From: Chlorokybus atmophyticus
Lineage: Eukaryota > Plantae > Mesostigma and Chlorokybus algae
Reading direction: 5' to 3'
NCBI GenBank assembly: GCA_009103225.1
Contig: RHPI01002619.1
Coordinates: 54,212 to 118,211, forward strand
Length of the DNA stretch: 64,000 nucleotides
Shown: positions 63,941-64,000 of the stretch, in pieces
Numbering within the stretch: the stretch's first letter is position 1
How the letters are laid out: every line of letters starts with the position of its first letter
Made by a program: the position numbers and the translations under genes
The notes under the pieces: model-generated
What the model was told of the DNA's origin: nothing
The model's input: the letters and a program-made list of their open reading frames with translations, nothing else
The model's database searches: none

Positions 63941-64000
63941 ATTGGATGAGCTGGGGCCTCTGTGTGCCACATCAACACAACTCAGCTCATGCACGTGCAC

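Overview
Eukaryotic, intron-rich, gene-dense nuclear DNA from a green plant-lineage organism. GT-AG introns packed with CA/GT/GC microsatellites, plastid-targeted MFP1, PPO, LSMT and IGPD, HPAT genes and plant-type telo-boxes suggest a streptophyte green alga; this is inference. The left half (3.4-36.4 kb) is a duplicated accessory region. It holds two apparently intact paralogous type-I membrane subtilases (signal peptide, I9 prodomain, proteinase-K-like S8, Ig/Calx-like, extensin-like Ser-Pro, 4x TSP1, EGF/Cys-rich, TM, cytosolic tail), two decayed copies of the same gene, and three copies of a SAM-methyltransferase (one intact). These are interleaved with MFP1, a SWIB gene and a probable decayed LINE. 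The right half holds PPO, a cyclophilin-like domain directly downstream of a head-to-head pair of Hyp O-arabinosyltransferase (HPAT) paralogs, RPT3, Rubisco LSMT, MSI1, IGPD and the 3' end of a beta-propeller-repeat gene. The most striking candidate system is the extensin/TSP1/EGF membrane subtilase family, one copy with PSAP and PPxY tail motifs, co-located with the HPAT pair and a possible HPAT-cyclophilin splice fusion. All gene models were spliced by eye and no database search was run.
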